NCBI GenBank assembly: GCA_965112735.1
Contig: OZ218956.1
Span: 1,984,001-2,048,000 of the forward strand
Length of the DNA stretch: 64,000 bases
DNA from: Phaeosaccion multiseriatum
Taxonomy: Eukaryota; Protista; Ochrophyta, other classes
Direction of reading: 5' to 3'
A program made the translations under genes and the position numbers. How positions within the stretch are numbered: position 1 is the first letter of the stretch; every line of letters begins with the position of its first letter. The notes under the pieces were generated by a model. The model was given only the letters and a program-made list of their open reading frames with translations, was not told the origin of the DNA and did no database searches. Positions 1 through 13,834 of this stretch are shown one piece after another.

Positions 1-544
1 GAAGCAGTTTGCGTTAGTTCTTGCCTATTTGGATGGTGAGTGAGGGAGGGAGGGGAAGGAGGGAAAGGAGGGATTTACGGAGAGAGGGGAGGGAGGGAGG
101 GAGGGAGGGAGGGAGGGAGGGAGGGATCAGTCAGTGACGCACTGACTCACTGACTCACTGACCTCGCATCCAACCAACCAATGCCCCGCTCCCCTGCCCC
201 TTCCCTCAGTGAGCATCAAAAAGATGATAGACACGTTGACGTCCGAAGCAAGCCTTACCAACACGCTCGTGATTGTGACGTCCGACAACGGCGGCTGCCC
301 GCAATACGGAGGAAGCAACTACCCCCTCCGAGGCATCAAACACTCCTACTTCGACGGCGGAAACCGAGTACCCGCCTTTATTTGGTCACCTTCGAACCAC
401 GTCATCCCCTCGGCCTTACGGGGCACCACGTACAACCACTTGATGCACGTCACGGATTGGTTACCCACTCTCGGTCACTTGACCCAAGTCGACTATGCAG
501 GGCACTCGCCCCTTGACGGGGCTAACCACTGGCCGGCCCTGGTC

Positions 545-593
<49 letters not shown>

Positions 594-1354
594 CGAGCGA
601 AGAGTCAAGGTCAGGATCCGGGTCAGGATCACGGTCAGGGCCAAGGTCCGACGAGGACGAGGAGGAAGAAAGCAGGCCTGACAGCAGCAGAACCAGAGTG
701 AGCACCCCCCCCCCACGCACCGAGTTGGTGTACAACTGGGACAACTATCAAAAGGACACCGTAGGGTACGCTAGTAGCACCTCCAGGCACTACGGAGTGG
801 AGGTGCCGCCGAAGGGCGCCATCCGAGTGGGGCGATACAAGCTCATTATTCAGGAGTGGTGCTTCGGCTACTACAGCTTCCTCTCCACCGACCGTTATAA
901 CGAGAACATGTGCACCGACCTGGGCGAGTGCTGGTCGTGTGGCAAGACGTGCATTGATGAGACGGAGTACCTGCCCAACAGTTTCCTTTTCGACCTCGAA
1001 GCCGACCCCACAGAGCAATTCAACTTGCTGGAGACCGAGCCCGTCCTTGCCAGGACCCTCTTTGAGAGGTGGGTGGAGCTGACGGAGTCGCACGTGGAGT
1101 CCGTTCTAGTCGACCAGCTCTCTACCGCCGCGGAATCGATTTGGGAGAATCACGAGGACTGTATGGTGCCCTGGTGGCATGAGTTTTTGGAGCACAATTC
1201 GACGGGCTATCCGGACCCCGCGGGCAATTTCTCGGCCATGCCCACTCCGCCCGAGTCTAGCGGCGAGACGAGTGGGTCCTACGTGTGGAATCCGAGTAAT
1301 GCTGACACGGAGGATAAGCCCACGACCATGCCTGTCACCAGCTCCTTTCCCTAA
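1..1354 (+). CDS. Arylsulfatase (S1 family), 3' part; begins before the window; intron about 36-209
   Basis: Motifs NTLVIVTSDNGG, SNYPLRGIKHSYFDGGNRVP, MHVTDWLPTL, DG, AIRVGRYKLI, LFDLEADPTEQFNL; GTGAGT donor at 36 and CCCTCAG acceptor at 209. Confidence 0.9.
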
Positions 1355-1718
1355 CTCTAGCCAATCTCACTAGCTACTCTGAGGCGAGGGGAGGGGAGGG
1401 TAGTGACAGCGATGGATGGATGGCACTCCATGTTTCAGTTTCAGTTTCTTTGAATGGTTGTGTAACCGCCATGCTCGACGTCACCCTTTCCCTTTCCTGT
1501 GCTTCGCTGTATTGTTGTCTTTTTCTTTCTTTGTTCTGCTCATTTTGATCGTGTTGAGTCTGGGGTAGCAGGAGACTGGGTTGTGGCCTTATGCCTCTCC
1601 CACTTTTGTACCATATTTATTTTTTCTTCAATTTTTGATTGCCTTGCTTATTATTTTAATCAGAAGCATCGGCAGCAGTTTAGTTTAAGCCACTTATAAT
1701 ATTATCGGTGGGTGCAAG

Positions 1719-4700
1719 TCAACCAATCTTTCTCTCTCTCTCTCTCTCTCTCCGCTGTGCCTGTTGGAACTGCTCCTCTGACGCAAGCAGGTTGCTGTCG
1801 TTGGTATTGCGGGGGCAGTGGACCAAATGCCGATGGGCGCCCTCCCCGCAGTTCTCCCCGCACCACACACAGAAGGTTGCTTTGCACCGCGAGCACTCAA
1901 CGGCGCAACAGGCATCAAGTCCACCCAGGCCTGACCGCAAGCAGCAGGGCAGTGGAGGGTGAGGATGTGCTGCACAATGTGCTGTCGATGAAGGCGGACC
2001 TGGGCGCTCACCCCCGCCTGTGCGTGCGTACGTGTCGACAAGGGCACGGGACGGGGGGGGGGGGGGAGGAAGAGGAAGAGGAGGAGGAGGAGGAGGAGGA
2101 GGAGGAGGAGGAGGAGGAGGAGGAGGAGGAGGAGGAGGAGGAGAAGGGGAGGGGAGGGGCAGCACAGTCAGATGCTGCTTGGCTTAGAGGCGAACAAAGG
2201 GGCGATCAAGGGGAGGGTCAGGCAAGTGGTACTTCTCCAGAGCGAAGCGAGGTCGAACGGAGGTGAGGCATGCCGAGTGGTCCTGTCTCTTCCTACCTCG
2301 ATCGACCAACACAGAGACCACTGCACTGGTCCTCCACAGATTTGTTGCACCCGCAGCAGCGCTCATCTCGGAGGTTGAAGCATACCAACTCAGAAACAGC
2401 CTCAGAAGGGGAGCCTTGTTTGCTCACATCGGCGCTGAGCTCTCATCGCGAAGGCCTTGGCAGACGTGCTTGGAACTGCTGCTGAAGCTCTTCGGTCGTG
2501 GCCAGCCAAGGCTCCACCCTACTGGCGAGCATGTCCTCGTACCGGTGCACAGCGGTCCCCTCGGCCGGGCGAAGTCGTGAGCTGTGAAGGGTCGACTGCT
2601 GCAGCCAGCGATTGGGCAGGCCAGGCCACGCATGCCCGCCCCCCTCCCTGCTGCGGCGTCGGCGGCGGCAGCTTCTATGGCGCGAGGGATGCAATCGCCG
2701 CAGACAAAGTGGACAAAGTGCTTGACGACGGCAGCGTGGGGGCCGTCTGTCCCCTCCTCCCGCTCGGGGCTGCACTCCATACCTCTAAGGGCGTTGCAGT
2801 CCTCATCCAAGCACAAGCAGCAGGACCCACCCAGGAGCGAAGCACGCACTTCAACTCAGCGCATTGCACCCATCAGCAGCTCAGCTCGGTCGGCAAAGGG
2901 TGTGGCTATGCTCTGTGGGTCCTCAACGCGCTATTACTCTACTATCCCACCTCCTCTGCTGTTGCTCGAGTAAGGCGTCGCTCGCCACTCTGCCTTTGGC
3001 CCGCCAGCTCTCAGCGTCACGCCATACCTTCTCCATCTCTTCCTCCATGCCCACTAACGCAGAGTGCGTGTGCGCAGCAGAGGCTATGAACAGGGCGGTG
3101 AGACGGCGGAGAGCGGACAGGAGGGAGGGTAGCCGCTGAAGGGACGGGGGGGCACGAGCGAAGCAGCGGGAGACGGAGCAAGGGCGAGGGGTGCAAAGGG
3201 AGAGAGCGTGAAGCAAGCAGCAGGCGAAAGAAAGGAGCGGAGGAGAGACACCACCTCACCCACCCACCCTCCCACCTCGGGCTTCCTGCTGATGCATGCT
3301 CGACCGAGGCTCTATATCTCCTTCACGACGGCTTGAGGCCAGTCCTCCACGCGAGGGTCAGCTGCGAGCAGGCCCTCCTCGTCATCGCCCTCCACGTCGC
3401 TAAAGTCAACGCCCCCCTTTCCCCTGCAGCTTGCCGGTGAGCAGCTCCAGCAGGGTCATGCCGAAGGAGAACATGTCGCTTTTCTCTCCGTACATGTTGT
3501 TCACCACGTACTTGGGACACATTTAAGGGGGCGTGCCGGCGACTTGGCCGGTCATGGTTGCCACAGACAGCCGGCCCTGTTGGACAGCTGTAGTACACAC
3601 ACACGCACACACACACACGCACACACGCACGCACACACGCACGCACGCACAGACACGCACACAGCCACCAACAGGCGGCGAGAGCATGGTGGTGGTTCGC
3701 GACCCTCCCCAGCTCCCGGTCCAGCCCGAGATGCCGTGGTGTCCCTCCCCCTCACCTTGAGCCATTTCTTCGTCGAGCAGGGCAGACAGGCCGCAGTCAA
3801 TGAGTTACGCGGTGGGTAGAGGGCCGAAGAGAACCACATTGGTGGACTTGACGTCTCGGTGGTAGATGACCATACATTGGTGGACTTGACGTCTCGGTGG
3901 TTGATGACCATACATTGGTGGACTTGACGTCTCGGTGGTTGATGACCATACATTGGTGGACTTGACGTCTCGGTGGTTGATGACCATCGGTGTGCCGTCC
4001 TCGCCGCGGCGCGAGCGATGCACGTAGTTGAGGCCGCAAGCGATCCGCACTGCAATGGGCAGGCGGTTGGCCCATACCAGCTCGGAGGCCAGAGCGTCGC
4101 AGAGGAGGACCCGCTGGCCGACCACCCAGCAGCTGAACAATGTTGGGGTGCTTGAGGCTCGACAGCACTTCGATCTCACGCCTCGCACTCTTGAGCCATT
4201 GGTCTGCCGACCGCCTCGTGCCCGCCTGTCCCGAGGCAAAGGCTTCGTCGTGCAGTCGTTTGACGGCGAAGCGGACGTTGAGCTTCACGTCCACCGCGAG
4301 ATGTGCTTTACCGAAGGAGCCCTCCCCCTCCCCCTCCCCCAGCAGCACGGAGAAGTCCGCTGTGACTTGGCTCAGGTAAGGTAAGCCTCGGTTACTTGTG
4401 TCACTTTGCCCAGAGCGAGGGCGCGTGCGTCCAGGTCAACCCCTGATGCACTACCCGCTATCGAGAATGTGGGCGATACTGCATCAGGGGTCGATCCAGG
4501 CCGTACTAGCGGCGGCCTCAGCAGCGGCGGCCTCAGCAGCGGCGGCCTCAGCAGCGGCGGCGCGCTCTTGCTCAAGACGCTCCTCCTATCGTACGGATAC
4601 AGTATGGGAAGGTGATTGTAAGTGAGTATGGGAAGGTGATTCCAACATTTGGACCAAATTAAAGGTGATGTAGCGGCATATTTACGCACCGCATGCAGGA

Positions 4701-4990
4701 CGCGTATAATCTCGAGCTCCTCCTCCGCGGCCTGCCCTGCGGCAGCTTGCCTATCCGTCTCTCTCTGTGCCTCTTGCAGCTCCTCCATCCTTCTCGCAGC
4801 TTCCGCATCGTCTGGCGCCCTCCGGTCTCTCTCTTCTCTGCGCCGTGCGGCCGGCAGCAGCTTGTCTCTCCGCCTCGCTCTGTGCCTCTTGCAGCTCTCT
4901 ATCCTTCTCGCAGCTTCCGCCTCTCGCGCCCTCCGGTCTCTATCTTCTCTGCGCTGATCCTCTCGGACTCACCCTCCCCCTGCCGCAACC
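1719..4990 (-). pseudogene. Degenerate RLK/Pelle (IRAK)-like kinase with N-terminal coiled-coil and C-terminal RING-IBR (RBR-type) domains
   Basis: Kinase motifs spread over shifting frames: LSQVTADFS-LLGEG..GSFGK, AVKRL, REIEVLSSLKHPNIVQLLG, WANRLPIAVRIACGLNYVH, HRDVKSTNVVL, A*LIDCGLS, GTPP*MCPKY, KSDMFSFGMTLLELLTGK. Downstream: CCLCLDED..HFVCGDC..CPIAGC (RING) and HCPAAC..CSRCKATFCVWC..HRHLVHC (IBR-like). Two in-frame TAA stops and several frameshifts. Confidence 0.8.
3836..3987. repeat. 4 x 38-bp tandem repeat spanning the kinase catalytic loop
   Basis: Unit ACATTGGTGGACTTGACGTCTCGGTGGT(A/T)GATGACCAT at 3836, 3874, 3912, 3950. Confidence 0.95.
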
Positions 4991-5771
4991 CAAACGGGGA
5001 GACCCCCAATAGGGAGACCACCCAGCGGGAAGGGGAAAACACGGCGTAGGATTGTACCCAGCGGAAGGCCTTGCCCCACCCCCGTCGGCAGCTCCATGAC
5101 TCGCACCACTTCCGCCTGTTCCACCGCCACCCGCTGATAGAGTACGGCCAGGCAACAGCATTGAATTGGGGGAGTCAGGGGGCGGCCGGGCGAGTAGGAA
5201 GTTAAGAGAAAGCGTAGGAGAGGAAGGAGAAAAAAGAAAGAGGGCCGACTCACCATTGAACGGTCCCGATGACGGGTGTCTGACAGGGAAGGAGGGGGAA
5301 GTGTAAATATATATTACACCCTTAAGTGCCATCTATGGTTGTCTAAAAGTAATGTCTCACCGCCCCGGGGAACTTAGCCCTCGAGGTCGTGTCCCTCTGA
5401 CTCATCAGTTCTTCCCATTGGAACAAAGTTGATACCAGCCAGGATCCTGTGGCGAACCGATCGTTCGTGTCGGGCCCGCTGGAGCGCTACGGCTAATCGT
5501 CGCCGAATGACGCAAACAGCTCTCGCAAGGAAGGAGGGGGAACAGATTTATTTTTAGTTTCAATTTCAAGGCCCGGTCGACCTATACACCTACAAATTGT
5601 GCCCTCTCCTATATACTCCTATCCTTCTTCCCTCCCCTCTTCCACCATAGATATATCCACCTCATAGCTTGCCAATAAGAGGGTGTGTCGTAGAGCATAC
5701 CCTTCATGAGTTGAGGTTGCTTGTGGGGGGGGAGGCACGCGTTATTTTATCAGCAAACGCACGGAAGCAAA

Positions 5772-8700
5772 ATGCCGAACGAGGAGGAGGAGGAGAAAGT
5801 GTTGAAAGTGTTGCAACAGCAAGGGAAGCACGCGATATCGCCCTACTGCTTCGAAGTGGGCGAGTTCAGAGCTAGAACATTCGACCCTACGAGCTTCGTC
5901 CTCACGTATCAGCAGCTCGTGCCGCTGGACAAGCTCAGAAATGACATGCACAAGTTCCTAGCGGCTCTGCAACAGGTAGGCAGTGCTCTCTCACACATGA
6001 CCATGCACTCGCCTTGCCGCCTTCCGCCACATTTGCGAAGTGGTGTTGCTGTGTGGCGGTGGCTCTTGCGCAATGGGCGAGAGGGGACTGGGATATGTGG
6101 TGGCTTGTTGGTTGCTTTCGCCTCTCTGCTGCTTTATTACGTGCAGCTCCTGCCGCTGCTGCTGATGATGCTGCTGGTCCTGGTGGAAGTGAACTTGGCG
6201 GTGGTGAAATAGCGGTGCTAGGTGGGGGAGAGGAGGAGGAAACAAAACAAAGTTTGACCAAAGTTGGGACGGCCCGACCGCGTTGTGGGTGTGCTCCTAA
6301 CTCAGCGCCCCGTTCTCGCCCTACTGCCCTTCCTCCCCTCAGGATTTATACGACCTCATCAATAGAGACTATGCGGACTTCATCCTTGTGTCCTCCAAGC
6401 TCACTGGCGTTGACGTCAAGGTGTGTGTGTGTTAGAGAGAGAGAAGAGATGAGAGAGAGAGGAAGAGTGTGGGAGTGAGCGAGAGAGAGAAAGAGAGAAG
6501 AGAGTGGAGAGAGAGAGAGAGAGTGCTTGAGAGAGAGAGAGATGTGACACTCTCGCTCTGCGGGGCTTGTTTCCTCTGACTTGTATCGCCTCGATGCCGG
6601 AGCGGCGGGAGGGAGGAGGGAGGGGGAGAGAAGAGAGGAGAACAATAGGTCTCGCCTTTGACCGACCTTGCAAAGGATCGAGTCTGCGTGTGAGTATTCA
6701 ATACTCAATTCTCATTCTCATCCTCATTCTTATCCCCGTCCCCATCCTTCTCTTTTATGTGTGTGTCCTAATCCTTCTCTTCGACGGCACGCCGTCTCAT
6801 TCCTTCTCGTCCCCCTACCACCCCGCACTCCTCTGTGTGAACAATTGGCCGTGCCACGCCACACTGTGAACACAACAAACAACCAACACCTATACCGCAA
6901 CGAAAAGGTGTGTGAGTTAGAGGCTCCAGTCGCCGGCTTTGCGTCCCGCATAGAGGGCTTGAGCAGCCAAATCGAGGCCAAGGCAGCAGGCATCCGCAGC
7001 ATTGCACAGCAGCGGACGGCTGTGCAGGACAAGATCAGGACCACAAGAAAGGTGAGGGTCAGGGTGCGGGGTAGGGCCAGGGTCAAGCTCAAGGTCAGGG
7101 GCGAGTGAGGGTAAGCTAACGGTGTTTTGGTTTGTATAGTTTGTGTATGTTAAAGCGGTACATGTACATGTATACGAAGGGAAGCCGCATCCTCTCTTCC
7201 TTTTGGCCTATCCTTTTCGGGTATTTCCCTGTCCCTTCCCTTCCCATCCCTCTGCTCAGCACACCATATGTCTGTTGCTTGTCCCCTCCCTCCCTCCCTC
7301 TTTCCCTCCTCCCCTCCTCTGCTGTCACTTTTGCAATGCACAGAGTTTGCGCTTCATATCTCTCTTGGAGCACGCCGAGCGGCTTTTAGGTATCGCAGAT
7401 AGCAGCAACAGCGAAGGAGAAGAAGAGGAAGAGCAAGAAGGGGAGCCCTCTCTGCGAGGAGGAGGAGGAGGAGGAGGAGGAGGAGGAGAAGATGCAGACG
7501 CAGGCGTCGCAGGAAGAGGAGTAGGGAGGAGTGAGAAGAGAGGGGAGACGTCGGATGTGTACGGAGGAGAAGGAGGAGGAGGAGGAGGAGGAGGAGGAGG
7601 AGGCAGGGTCAACAGCCATACCCACGAGTCGTTAGCTGAGCGTGACTTTGACTCTGGCTATACGGACGATGACATGGGGGCCTTCGAGCTCGCCTTTCCT
7701 GCCCTGTCCACCACCAATTATCCAGACGAGGAGGTACAGCATGAGGAGGAGGCTGGTGCGGGGGCAGGCATCCGCAGCAATGGAGTCGGGGGAGTCCACA
7801 CTGGGGCAGCAGCAGCAGCAGCAGCAGTTGGTGATACAGAGCGCTGCGCGATGCTGGAGCGAGTGGCGCTGTACGCTCTCATGATGGGCGCAGACCTTAA
7901 GGCCCTGTCCTCCCCTCGCCCCCCTCAGCAGGTGGAGTCTTCAGGCCTGGGCTCAGGTCCAGACTCAGGAAGTGCTACCTCTTCTACTGCATCTGCTGCC
8001 ATCCCTGTGGCTCCTATGAAGGACCTCTCTATCCGAGCCACGCGTGTGGAGGCGGAGGTGACGCGAAAGCTTCGTACGGTCTTTGCCGAGCTCGTCGCGC
8101 CTCCTACCGCTCGATCGGGCTCGGCGGCTGTCAGGGCTACTGCTGTACCACCAACTGGTGGTGGTGGTGTTGGTGGTGGCGCTGTTGTTGCTGCTGTTGC
8201 TGGAGAAGCGAGTGGGGGTGTCGGGAGGGAGCCCAACGCAACGGCACTGCTCCATTGTCTCCGGTCCTTCGCCGCCCTAGGCTGCGGCGTGGAGGCAGAG
8301 AGGCAGTTCGCAAGGGTGGTGGTGGAGCCCTTCTTGAGCGCTCACTTTACGCAGGGCCTGTTGGACGGAGGGAGTAGAGGTTCGTACCGGGGTCTGGAGG
8401 CAATTTACAGCGACACACTTGCCTATCTGCAGGAGTCTTGTCACGGGGTGCTGCGGATAGCAGAGGGACTCTTTGGACTTCCACCGGCACTGTCTGAGGG
8501 ACAGGAGCAGGGGCAGAGACAGGGGGGTGGGGAGGAGGTGAAGGGGGCGAAGGAGGGAGGAGGAGGAGGCGCAGCACCAGGAGGAGCAGGAGGAGGAGGA
8601 GGAGGAGGAGGAGGAGGAGGAGGAGGAGGAGGCACGGTTGGCACTTCACCACCCCCGATATGCCCGCTACCCGTGGACCTGTTGTGCAATGGGCTTTGGG

Positions 8701-10613
8701 CTCCCATTTTCCAGGCCTTGACGACTCGGCTAAAGTCAATCTTCGCGACTGGGATGGCCGAGGTGTTGCGGCGTAACTATGTGCACACAAGGCTCTTCAT
8801 TGATCAGTTGGCACTGCTGTGTGGGCCTGAGCTTGCGCCCAATGCGCGAAGGCGGCTAGAGGGACACGCTTTGATGGCGCAGGTGAGGGAGAGGAGGGAG
8901 GGGGGGGGCGGGGGATGATGAAAACCAACTCTGCAGGAATTCCGCTTTTTCTCTCTCCGCAAAGGCAGTCATTTGTCCCAAGGCAAAGTCAATTACCTCA
9001 GCTCCTCAATCCCTCCCCTCCCCTCCTCCTTCTCCTTCTCCATCTCCCCTCCCCTCTTCTCCTGGCCTACGCTCCCTCTCTCCTTCTCAAGCTCCGGAGT
9101 AAGTGGAATCTTCCCATTTACTTCCAGCTCTGTGCTCGTGAAGCCACCTCCAGTCTGGAAGCAGCGTACAAGGCTGTGGGAGAGCACGGCTTACAGCATG
9201 CCATTCCAGCGGACCGTGAAGCCATGAGTAGCAGCAGTGGCAGCAGTGGCAGCAGCAGCAGTGGGGGCAGTGGCATCACGACGAGTAGGGACGAGAGTGA
9301 TGACGAGGACTTTGATTTGCCCATCACTGCCAAGGCGTGGAGTTCTCTGCAGCAGTGCTGGAGCGACAAGTGGTTCCTCGCTCCTCTGGCACATCGCTTC
9401 CTGAGGCTCTGCCTGCAGATGGTGGGGCGTTATCACAGCTGGCTTAGCGAGTCCATACCACCACCAATAGAAGAAGCACGAGGAGGAGGAGGAGGAGGAG
9501 GAGGAGGAGGAGGAGGAGGAGGAGGAGGAGGAGGAGGACGACGACGAGGAGGAGTGAAGCCGAGATCGGGTAGGACGGCGGAGGAATTGGTCTTGCTGGC
9601 GTGGGATGCTTCTCGGCTCTACGAGAAGCTTGTTGGAGGGGGCACAAGTGGTGATGGCAGCAGTACTTCTGCTTCTTCGCTGCTCTCAAGAGAGCGCTCC
9701 CTCGCTGGGCAGATGCAGGCCTGTTTCCTGAGAGCAGACCTGCCTACGGAGGCCTTCGAGGTGGCTCAAGAGGCGCTCCGAGAGGCGGCCTTGCCTCTAG
9801 CCCAAGAAATAACGCAGCTGTGGACCGGGGTGGTGCAGCATCTCACTGGACAGTGTGGTGGAATGCTGCTGGCGGTCAAGGGCATCACAGCGACGTACCG
9901 TATGACCAACAAGCCTTGCCCGCAGCGCCCGAGCCCCTTTGTACCGAACATTCTCCGCCCCCTGCGTGACTTTGAGTCCACGTGGACGAACCGCCTCCCG
10001 AGCTCCGCCAGCCTTGTCGCTGCTACTGCCGCCGCCGCCGCTGCTGCTGCTGCGACTGATGCTGCTGCCGGTGGTACTGCTCCTGTTGGTGGCGGTGGTG
10101 TTGGTGGTGGTGGAGACTCGTCGTCTGTGAACTGGTGGAAGCGGGCCGTATTGGAGGCCGTCACTTCGCAGTACCTCTCTACCGTCAGGGACATGCTCAC
10201 GACAGTGCGGCAGATGGAGGAGGCTCTCAGCAAGCGTAAGACCACCAAGGGGAGGCGGGGCTCCACAGCAACAGGAGGGGGAGGCGGAGGAGGAGGAGGG
10301 GGAGGAGGAGGAGGAGGGGGGGGGGGGGGCGAGTCTCTCGTCGGTGGCTGCTGCGGCTGCGGCGGCCGATGGGGTGGTGCTGAGCGACACGCAAAAGATG
10401 ATGGTGCAGCTGGATTTGGATGTCAAGGCGTACGGGAAGGAGGTACGGGCCCTGGGGTTCGATCCCGACTCGCTGGAGGCCTACGCTCCCTTGGGGCGAG
10501 CCGTGGGCAACACATCCCCACCAGGGGAGGTAGCTGGGGGTGGAGCACCACCACCAGCAGCAGCAGCAGCAGCAGCAGCAGTTGGTGATACATCAGCAGT
10601 TGGGACCTCGTAG
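5772..10613 (+). CDS. COG2: Conserved oligomeric Golgi complex subunit 2 (multi-exon)
   Basis: Exon 1 FDPTSFV..LDKLRNDM; exon 2 DLYDLINRDYADFILVSSKLTGVD; later KWNLPIYFQL, VKGITATYRMTNKPCP, SDTQKMMVQLDLDV. One apparent frameshift in a poly-G run near 10320. Confidence 0.88.
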
Positions 10614-10753
10614 CCGGGCACGCAGGCGCGATTTGTCTTTCCAACGACCGACTTGCGAATTAATTGAAATACATTCATTCATCTTCCGCAAAGCAAAGCA
10701 TTGCGCTACTGTATCGTAACTATGCGCAGTTTTGTGTTTGCTCTATGATTGTT

Positions 10754-11975
10754 TCAGAACGCAAAGCATTCCTCCCCTGCCTTGGTGCGGGGCAGCTGCG
10801 CCCGTCGCAGCGTGGGGCGAGCGGAAAGCCCGGCAAGCGAGAAGGGCGGGAGGGGCTTGCCTGACAAGCACGCCTTGACCACTGTAAGCGCAGGATAGCC
10901 ACGCACCACCTGAGGAGGAGGGGAGGAGGAGGAGGAGGAGGAGGAGGAGGAGGAGGGGGAGGAGGAGGAGGAGGAGGAGGAGGGTTATAGGGGATATTCG
11001 AGGGAGTAAGAAGGTTTCGATTGGGTCTGTACACTTCCCTCCCTCCATGCTCTCCGTCCTCGTCCTTGGCTCCCCATATGCCTCTATACCATAACCTCCC
11101 CTCCCCCCACGCCTCGTATGCCCCTCACACTCACTCACTCGATCACTCAATAACTAACTCAATCACCCACATTCCCTCTCTCTCTCCCCCCCTCTCTCTA
11201 TCTCTCTCACCTGTCGAAGGCAGATGGCATAGGGCTTGAAGAGCTGAAGCACACTCATCTCCGTCCCGCGAAGGCTCATGTACATCACATGAGCCAATGG
11301 CGAGCAGGAGCTTGAGGTTTCCGCCGAGAGATGGTACTCATGGCCTTCCTGATGGCCCTCCTCCTCCCCCCCCCCTCCTCCTCCTCCTCCTCCTGCTGCT
11401 GCTGCTGCTGCTGGTGCTGCTGCTGCTGTAAGCCTTCCGACTCGGCTACGTCTCCCTGGTGGCTGCTGCTCCCCCTCCTGCTGTTGCTGCCACTAGTACT
11501 GTTTGGCCTCGCACTCGGTGTCCCTCCTCCGCCTCCTCGACCCCCATCATGGCGAAGGGAGGGGGAAGGGCCGACGTCCTCTCGAGACAGTCTTCTTCTG
11601 TCGCCCCCGCCCCATATGACTCTATTATTCGCCTCTCCTCTTTCCTCGGAGACATGCTCTAGCACCTGCAGGTGGTCAAGGGCAGCGCATCACAAGACAA
11701 TGATATTGCATGGGTCAAGGGCACGGCAGAAGGCAGCAATATTTTGCATGCTCAAGCATACGTCAGCAACATCGAATGGATCAAAGTAAGTGAGGTCGCA
11801 AGCATTTACCTGAAGCTGGAAGCCCCCCGGGAGCCTCTCCGGATGTGTGAGAAGCACGAGCAAGGCGTACAGGGGAAAGTCGTTGACCACCACGTAGGCC
11901 GTACCAAGAAGGGCCTGCAGCAGGCATACACAGCCTCGAAGGAGGCTGGAGGGGGGGAGACAGGGACACATATAC

Positions 11976-12022
<47 letters not shown>

Positions 12023-13801
12023 GGGTGGAAAAGAAAGGGAGAGGGGGTTGAGGAGAGAAGGAGAGGCCGGCCAGGACAGAGGAAAGAGAGAGAGAGAGAA
12101 GAGAAGGGCTGGTATCAGCGGCGGTGGAGGGAAGGGGAAGAATCGAGGCCTTGAATCAAAATGTAACAAGCCCCCAAACAACCACCCACACCCACCACAC
12201 ATATATACACACACCCCTGTATCACCAACATCCCCACCTGAAGAATGTGTAGTAGGCGGCGATGGTGGGGAAAAGGAAGAAGAGGACGGTGAAGAGGAGA
12301 GTGCCGAGCATGAGCTGCGGAGCGTCGAACTCACACGTGTCCACACGGGAGCGAAGAACGTTCCGCTTCCATCCTCTGGGAGGGAGGGAGGGAGGGAGGG
12401 AGGGAGGGAGGGGAGGGAGGGAGGGAGGGGAGGGAGGGAGGGAGGGAGGGGAGGGAGGGAGGGAGGGAGGGAGGGAGGGAGGGAGGGAGGGAGGGAGGGA
12501 GGGAGGGAGGGAGGGAGGGAGGGAGGGAGGGAGGGAGGGAGGGAGGGAGGGAGGAGGGAGGGAGGGGTGTTAGTTGAGCGTGGCCTCAAGCCCTCGAAGT
12601 TGATGAGGTGCATTAAACTCAAACTCAAACGCCACACACATCGCACATACACACACACACCTGAAGAGCAGCCACAGCGAGTTGAGTAGGCTGACATGCA
12701 CGTGATAGGCGGACGCGAACACGCGATGCAGCAGCGTGACGTGGAAGGTCAGCAGACGGAGGAGGTCGAAGCAAAGGGCGATGAGGCAGCCAAAACCACA
12801 TGTGCCGCCCATCACGGCAACGGCCTAGGGAGAGGTGCGGTAGGTGCGGTGGGTGCGTGCGTGTGTGTGGGTGGGGGGGTGCATGTGGGTGCGTGCGTGT
12901 GTGTGTGGGTGGGTGGGTGCATGTAGGTGTGTGTTTGTGTGTGTGTGTGTGGGTCGGTGTGTTAGTGAGAGACGAGGGGAGTGAGTGGGGTCACGACACA
13001 TTAGAGAGGTGAGTGGGCTTGGCGTCTTGTGGTGAGGAGGTGAGGAATGCTTTTATAGGCCGGACAGAGAGAGGCATCTCTCCGTCACACTTTCTTCTCA
13101 CCGTCAGTCACGGACAGCTCTCCTTACAGACACACACACACACACATAAGTGTGTTATTTCTATACCCACCTTGACAATGGAGTGCTGCCAAGGCAACAG
13201 CTGGCGGCCCAATATCACCAGCATGTCCATCACAGTCAGAGAGAGGATGCCCAGGGAGTTGGTGAGAGGTACATTCAGCTTGAACCCGCCGGGGAAGTAA
13301 TTGAGCCACTCCACATGACCGCTCACCGTCTGTGGTAGGCAGACAGGCAGCCAGAAGGACAGGAGGGAGGGGATAAGGAAAGAAGAAGCGCCGTTGCGTG
13401 CCAAGATATAGGAAGGAAGGAGGCCTTACGTACGTACTTACGTACCTCCATCTCAAGGAACTTGAAGACACTCCACACGGCGCTCATGGCAGAGGCAGGC
13501 CTGTACCAAAGCAGCAGGCCCACCACCTGACCCACAGCCATGTCGAGGAGGAGTAGGCTCATACCGGAGTAGAGGCGAAGCATCTCGGGGACGCGCTGCT
13601 CCGTGGGGGAGTGGCGAGCTCGTCGGTGGCGTTGGAGTTGGAAGGGCCACGTGACTGGTGACACGGGTGGGAGAGGGGAGTGGGGGAGGAGGAGGAGGAG
13701 GAGGAGGAGGAGGAGGAGGAGGAGGAGGAGGAAGAGGAGCAGCAGCAGGAGCAGGAGGTGCAGCAGCAGCAGGAGGAGGAGGAGGAGGAGGAGGAGGAGG
13801 C

Positions 13802-13834
<33 letters not shown>

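Noticed and set aside
1690-5340. Kinase-RING-IBR segment as cargo of a Helitron or TIR transposon
   Set aside because: No TIRs, TSD or hairpin-CTRR end could be identified by eye.
5385-5415. Minus-strand CTGATGA-GTC-loop-GAC resembling a hammerhead ribozyme core
   Set aside because: The stem is followed by ACGAC, not the required GAAA, and no stems I/III are evident.
10310-11380. Frameshifts in COG2 (about 10320) and PIG-Q (about 11365) suggesting pseudogenes or programmed frameshifting
   Set aside because: Both lie in long G/C homopolymers with family-like sequence continuing in the other frame; sequencing error is the simplest explanation.
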